Below, one piece after another: positions 58,093 to 64,000 of a DNA stretch of 64,000 nt (its first letter is position 1; every line of letters starts with the position of its first letter). A program made the position numbers and the translations under genes. Location of the stretch: assembly GCA_965203295.1 (NCBI GenBank), contig CBDBCZ010000006.1, forward strand, positions 20,087 to 84,086, in the 5' to 3' direction. The DNA comes from Nitrospirales bacterium (GTDB taxonomy: Bacteria; Nitrospirota; Nitrospiria; Nitrospirales; UBA8639). The notes below the pieces were generated by a model. The model was not told the DNA's origin. It saw nothing but the letters and a program-made list of their open reading frames with translations, and did no database searches.

Positions 58093-59100
58093 CAGGACCA
58101 ATTGCTGGACTGTTCTTTAGTTTGGGATATTCGGTGTCATAACTGTCAGGTCCACTATCCGATGCGACTCATCAACTCACACATGAAAACCTGTGGTGTT
58201 GTGCAAAAATATGTGTACGTTTCATGGGTAGCATGCATGCATCTAAGAGATAGTGTATACACTAAGAAATGTTCACCTATTATTATCATTTCTGATGGTA
58301 TAGGCCAACAGTTGTGAACCACGACACTTCCACTGATGGTAGTGGGATGGACTCATCACAATCACCTAATAATAGGTATGTATATAGTCGACAATGTTGG
58401 TCATCTTGACTTTATCCTTATATTTTGCTTAATCCCTAATTGTTCCAGCGAGGACAATGACAATATGCCGCACTCGCCACTGGAAAAAGATGGTATTGTT
58501 ACAGTCATATTATCAGAGTACACATAATGAATACTATGTGACTCCCTACTCAATACAGGTATTCATTCATCGACCGCAGTGCTTACTCTAGGAACTTTGG
58601 CAGTTTGTGCAGATGATCTCCGGAATATTGCCTATGGCCAGTGGCTTAATGATCAGGTATATAAGTATCAGTAACATAAAAAGCATGCTCATACCACTCA
58701 GGTGATAAATTTCTACATGATGATTCTGAATGCAGAGGAAGAGAAACGAATAATGAAGGTATTGTATGTGAAACTTTTATTGTCTACCTAACCAGCAAGT
58801 ACATATACGTATTATTAAGAAGCTTTTTATGCACATTCATTCAGCTACCAATCACAAAACGCCCTTGTAAGCAGGTGCTGTGTGTCACAACTTTATTTTA
58901 TGAAGCACTAATGAGATGGAAGGCAGGACACAAAGAATCAGAGAAAAAGTGCAGGAACTACATCAAGGTATTGACCTAATTTTACTGTATACGTACAATT
59001 CTGACTAGATGTCATAATGATGTGCAAATCACAGGAGAAGGTGATGAAACTTAAGAAGCTGATTATCCCAGTGAATGTGGGAGCTCACTGGATTTTGATA
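58093..59100 (+). CDS. Multi-exon gene fragment: C2HC zinc finger and N-terminal half of a Ulp1/C48 SUMO protease
   Basis: GT-AG exons give RCHNCQVHYPMRLINSHMKTC, DDLRNIAYGQWLNDQ|VINFYMMIL, TTLFYEALM and KKLIIPVNVGAHWILI. I did not find the catalytic Asp or Cys motifs downstream. Confidence 0.7.
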
Positions 59101-60514
59101 GTACGTTAAACATAAAACTCTGTACTCCAAAGGTATGTCTCTAATAACACATTAATACCACATTGATTTTGAACAATAACAGGGTCATGTTGCTTTTTTT
59201 GGACAGAAACATCACAAAAGAAAACCAACTGGTAAGTAAACTTTACCTCATGATCATACAGGCCTTGATTTACTAACTTTGAGTAATATTTCATTTCAGA
59301 CTCACCGGATGCATCTGATGCATCCACCGAAACCTCTAGTACAGAAGATGATGAGATGTATGGTAAGCTAGACTTCGGCCAGAATCTTCTTTGCTGTGCT
59401 TGTACATGAATCCACATTTACTCAGTGTGCCCTTTATTACTCATGACTGCATGGCTAGGAGATATCCAGATCCTGGTGCCTTCCTTCTTGGAGCGCACTG
59501 TCCCACAGGAGTAATCCTTGTCTAGATATGTAACAAATGAACAACTTTATATACGAACCATTAGAGGTTTGCTCTATTCTAGACATGGACCTCCGATGAG
59601 ATGAGCATGCAATATTATTATTGTAAGACGCCTACATGTACTCAAAACAACCATAATTGTATGCAATGTCTCTTACAGAGATGGATGTCTAGAGATAGCA
59701 AGAACTGTGATACATTTGGCTCGGAGGTTTGTTGACACATGCATGTACACAATAATAATGGTTAGGAAAAGCAATGATGAAGCATAAACAAAAGCGATGT
59801 ATTTGCTGTAGGGGTGGTTGTTACGTGTTGCAGCGCATCCTGGGCAGAGTGAGTTTGGGGAAAACTTGGAAACCGTACCCACCCTGAAGGAAAGAGCCAC
59901 TCCAGCAGATACTTGGCCACTTACATGTACACATCCTATGATTGTAAGAAAATACTACTGAAATATAAATGTTACAATCATGCAGATCAACACATCAACT
60001 ACTTAAGATACAGGTGATGGAAATTTTATATTTCTTGACAACCATTGCTGAACATGCAAAGAAAGAAGACCCAGGAATCCAGCACCCTGCAGCACGAGTT
60101 GTTCGTGAAATTCTCTGGCCAGAGGTCAGAAACACCTGCATGACTTTGGAAACAAATACAAGGTATAAGCCTTTAAAATATGCCCTTGCACACTTCTTAC
60201 AGGCGATGGTCACGATCATCAGTGTTGCGTTTAACATTGAGTACAGTTTGGCCAAGCAGAATTATATAAGCCGATCCATGAACTGAAGAAGTCAATATCA
60301 CAGGAAGACGATATTGAATAGTAATTTAAAATGCAATGTAGTATTTTGTACATTACTGGTTTTATTATTACTGTTGGATATTATTACCAATATATAATAA
60401 TACTAGTGACACAACTACAAAGGACCATGAATACATGATATCAGATTGGCTAGTGGATGCTTAAATGATCTCACTACCCACCTGGGTATGTAAATAATAA
60501 TCATTTCTACAGCT

Positions 60515-62330
60515 AAAAGACCCAGCATGGGTGTAAACTGCCATGTCAGTTAGTGGAAGAACTATGTAGATGATATTTCAACAGCCGAAGGACACTTTAA
60601 GGACACCACGGCTATAATATTATGACTTTCACTAACCGGAATGGGGGTAATATGCCATGCCAGTTAGTGGAAGGACAATGCAAGTGATATTCCAACAGCC
60701 GATGGACACTTTAAAGACCCCACGACTATAAAATTTCACTAACCGGCATGGTGGAAATCTGCCATGCCAATTAGTGGAAGGACATTGTAAATGATATTTC
60801 AACAGCCGAAGGACACTTTAAGGACCCCACGACTACAAAATTATGACTTTCACTAACCGGCATGGTGGAAATCTGCCATGCCAGTTAGTGAAAGGACAAT
60901 GCAAGTGATATTCCAACAGCCGATGGACACTTTAAGGACCCCGCGGCTATAAAATTATGACTTTCACTAACCGGCATGGGGGTAATCTGCCATGCCAGTT
61001 AGTGGAAGGACAATGCAAGTGATATTCCAACAGCCGAAGGACACTTTAAGGACCCCACGACTACAAAATTATGACTTTCACTAACCAGCATGGTGGAAAT
61101 CTGCCATGCCAGTTAGTGAAAGGACAATGCAAGTGATATTCCAACAGCCGATGGACACTTTAAGGACCCCGCGGCTATAAAATTATGACTTTCACTAACC
61201 GGCATGGGGGTAATCTGCCATGCCAGTTAGTGGAAGGACAATGCAAGTGATATTCCAACAGCCGAAGGACACTTTAAGGACCCCACGACTACAAAATTAT
61301 GACTTTCACTAACCAGCATGGTGGAAATCTGCCATGCCAGTTAGTGAAAGGACAATGCAAGTGATATTCCAACAGCCGATGGACACTTTAAGGACCCCGC
61401 GGCTATAAAATTATGACTTTCACTAACCGGCATGGGGGTAATCTGCCATGCCAGTTAGTGGAAGGACAATGCAAGTGATATTCCAACAGCCGAAGGACAC
61501 TTTAAGGACCCCACGACTATAAAATTATGACTTTCACTAACCAGCATGGTGGAAATCTGCCATGCCAGTTAGCGAAAGGACAATGCAAGTGATATTCCAA
61601 CAGCCAATGGACACTTTAAGGACCCCACGACTATAAAATTATGACTTTCACTAACCAGCATGGTGGAAATTTGCCATGCCAGTTAGTGGAAGGACAATGC
61701 AAGTGACATTCCAACAGCCAATGGACACTTTAAGGACCCCATGACTATAAAATTTCACTAACCGGCATGGTGGAAATCTGCCATGCCAATTAGTGGAAGG
61801 ACAATGTAGATGATATTGAACAGCCGTTGGATACTTTAAGGACCCCACGACTATAAAATTATGACTTTCACTAACCAGCATGGTGGAAATCTGCCATGCC
61901 AGTTAGCGAAAGGACAATGCAAGTGATATTCCAACAGCCGATGGACACTTTAAGGACCCCACGACTATAAAATTATGACTTTCACTAACCAGCATGGTGG
62001 AAATCTGCCATGCCAGTTAGTGGAAGGACAATGCAAGTGACATTCCAACAGCCAATGGACACTTTAAGGACCCCATGACTATAAAATTTCACTAACCGGC
62101 ATGGTGGAAATCTGCCATGCCAGTTAGTGGAAGGACAATGTAGATGATATTGAACAGCCGTTGGATACTTTAAGGTCCCCACGGCTATAAAACTATGACT
62201 TTCACTAATCGGCATGGGAGTAAACTGCCATGCCAGGTAGTGGAAAGACAATGTAAACAATAAAACAGCCGATGGACACTATAAAGACTCCACGGCTATA
62301 AAATCATGACTTTCACTATAGATAAACAGT
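60515..62330. repeat. 114-bp satellite (about 16 units) with an internal hairpin and higher-order structure
   Basis: GCAAGTGATA occurs at 60901, 61015 and 61129, giving a period of 114. Each unit contains CACTAACCGGCATGG-loop-CCATGCCAGTTAGTG. Confidence 0.95.
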
Positions 62331-64000
62331 TTAAACTTCGGTATGATGGACACTTAAAGACCCATTTTGACTCACTAACTGGCAGAAATATACTATTGCT
62401 GTCTAGGTCACGACTATAATATAGCCTGCTAGCTAATCTTCCATGGCAGAAATGATGTAGCCTATGAGCCCGTTTCTGCGCACCTACAGTGTGTTTTTAA
62501 TACCTGGTAAAGTGCTGAGTCGCATAGTCATATACACGTAGTGAACTTACAGCCATCTAGCCCTTGCCTCAGGTTTCATAAACCAGCGCGGCCCACAAAC
62601 TTCCGAGTTTCCGTGCTCATTAATGAATCGCGAATATACGGACGTTCACGTACGTAACTACAACGATTATGACAGGTCCGCTAACATTGCATTATTCATA
62701 TTTCACTAACCACGATCACTAACGAGCATGCTACAACACCGCCTATTCCTGGACCAGTATTCCATTCCAGTATTCCATTCCAGTAGTCCAGTCCAGTCCA
62801 CCGAATTCAGACTCCCACCCCCCACCTACGATTTTCTGCTCGTCTTGAGCAGAATTACTATATTCATGCGCCACTGAGTGGGGTTGCTGGTGCTGTTTTG
62901 GTTGCATGATCACTGGACTTCTCTGTCACGGCACATCTCATCTTGTCACTGAGGGCAGAATTTTTCCAGCACTGTCTCTGGCATTCGACATCGGCAATGG
63001 GCGCACTCCAACTTTTCAGACATCGTAACTGTGATTGAAAGGTAGATATAAGCGCAGTCTGGTGTAGCTAGCCCTTCGCGAGCTACATGCAGTTTCGAGT
63101 TCTCGCAGCAGCGCTCTCAGCGCTACACGCTACGCTAGCGCTAGTAGTCACATGTGCGCATATGCGCATGTAGATGTTTATATACCGCATTTCCGCGATC
63201 AGACGCCGCGGCTACTGCAGTTAATCCCAGCCCCGCCCACTAAGCGTAGACTCTGGCGCCGGCGCGTAATACATGTACAATTCTGATCCTGTTATCAGGA
63301 TCTCAGCTAGAGTTGCCTAAACTACAGATCACCTGCATAAAGGTTAGTAAAGTAATTGCTCAGGTTCTCTTTTTAGCGAAGTTGTTAAGATCAGCAAAGG
63401 CAAAAATGTAACTTTAGTTCCATGGCAAGGGACTATGCTTTTATATATTAAACGAATTGGTGCAGTGAATGTAGCTCTTCACCTAACAGTCAATAATTCA
63501 TATTGCTTTCATGAACCAGTCCCTATGACGGTGTAGCTCACTACATACCCACGTGGTATTCTAACTGTGCCAGCACTCTGCTTCTATTTTAATACAGTAG
63601 CTACCCCAAAATCAGAACTCGGCAGTGAGTGGTAGATATATTGAAACTAACCCACAAGTACTAAAAAAGAATACCCCTTTCCCTCTCTTTCATAATTGCG
63701 CTCTTCCAATCTGCTCATTTTAAACCTACTTTCCACTTCTGTGTATCACATTCCGCACTCATATTGAAATATAAATGGCAAAATTAGGAGAGTGAATAAA
63801 AAGTAAGACTGAAATTTAAGTAAGGAAAGAGATTATCGTGTACCATGATAATATATTGACTCCCTGGCCTTAGCAATAATGTTAGCAAGTAGTTGCTTGG
63901 GGTCCCTAACTATGTACAGCAAAGAAAGTAGATGAATGAGGTATTGCCTATAGCGTAATAATCTCCTTGAACTTCAGTTGTAGCTACTGGAAGAATCATT

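Larger units (their letters stand above)
55606..62738 (+). mobile_element. Ginger-like DNA transposon derivative with its left tip lost
   Basis: The left end TGCCGGTTAGTGATCGTGCCGGTTAGTGG is inverted at 62701-62730. The right end finishes in ACA followed by CCGC. It carries Ulp1-like exons. Confidence 0.6.

Noticed and set aside
60515..62330. 114-bp (38-codon) unit as a coding repeat or CRISPR array
   Set aside because: The frames I translated contain stops, and there are no variable spacers.

Overview
This is eukaryotic, AT-rich, intron-containing and transposon-dense DNA. The gene families and repeat types suggest a demosponge, but that is inference. Host-type genes are a 3-exon alpha-carbonic anhydrase fused to an extra C-terminal beta-rich domain (11518-13178, -), two broken copies of a multi-pass membrane protein gene, an apolipoprotein-L-like pseudogene cluster and a tRNA-Thr(AGT)-like sequence inside a repeat unit. 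The one clearly intact long ORF is a CRE-clade non-LTR retrotransposon (RT plus restriction-like endonuclease, poly(A) tail). It is inserted in an AcademH-type element carrying a RecQ helicase fragment, which abuts a Ginger-like element with Ulp1-like exons and a 114-bp hairpin satellite. The 31-47 kb region is a rearranged CACTA/EnSpm-like complex with three copies of one terminus, a ~2.1-kb inverted repeat and a degenerate ~92-bp array. There is also a DIRS/Ngaro remnant, LINE fragments and many MITEs, some nested. I found no CRISPR or prokaryotic system. Family assignments come from motif recognition by eye, not database searches.
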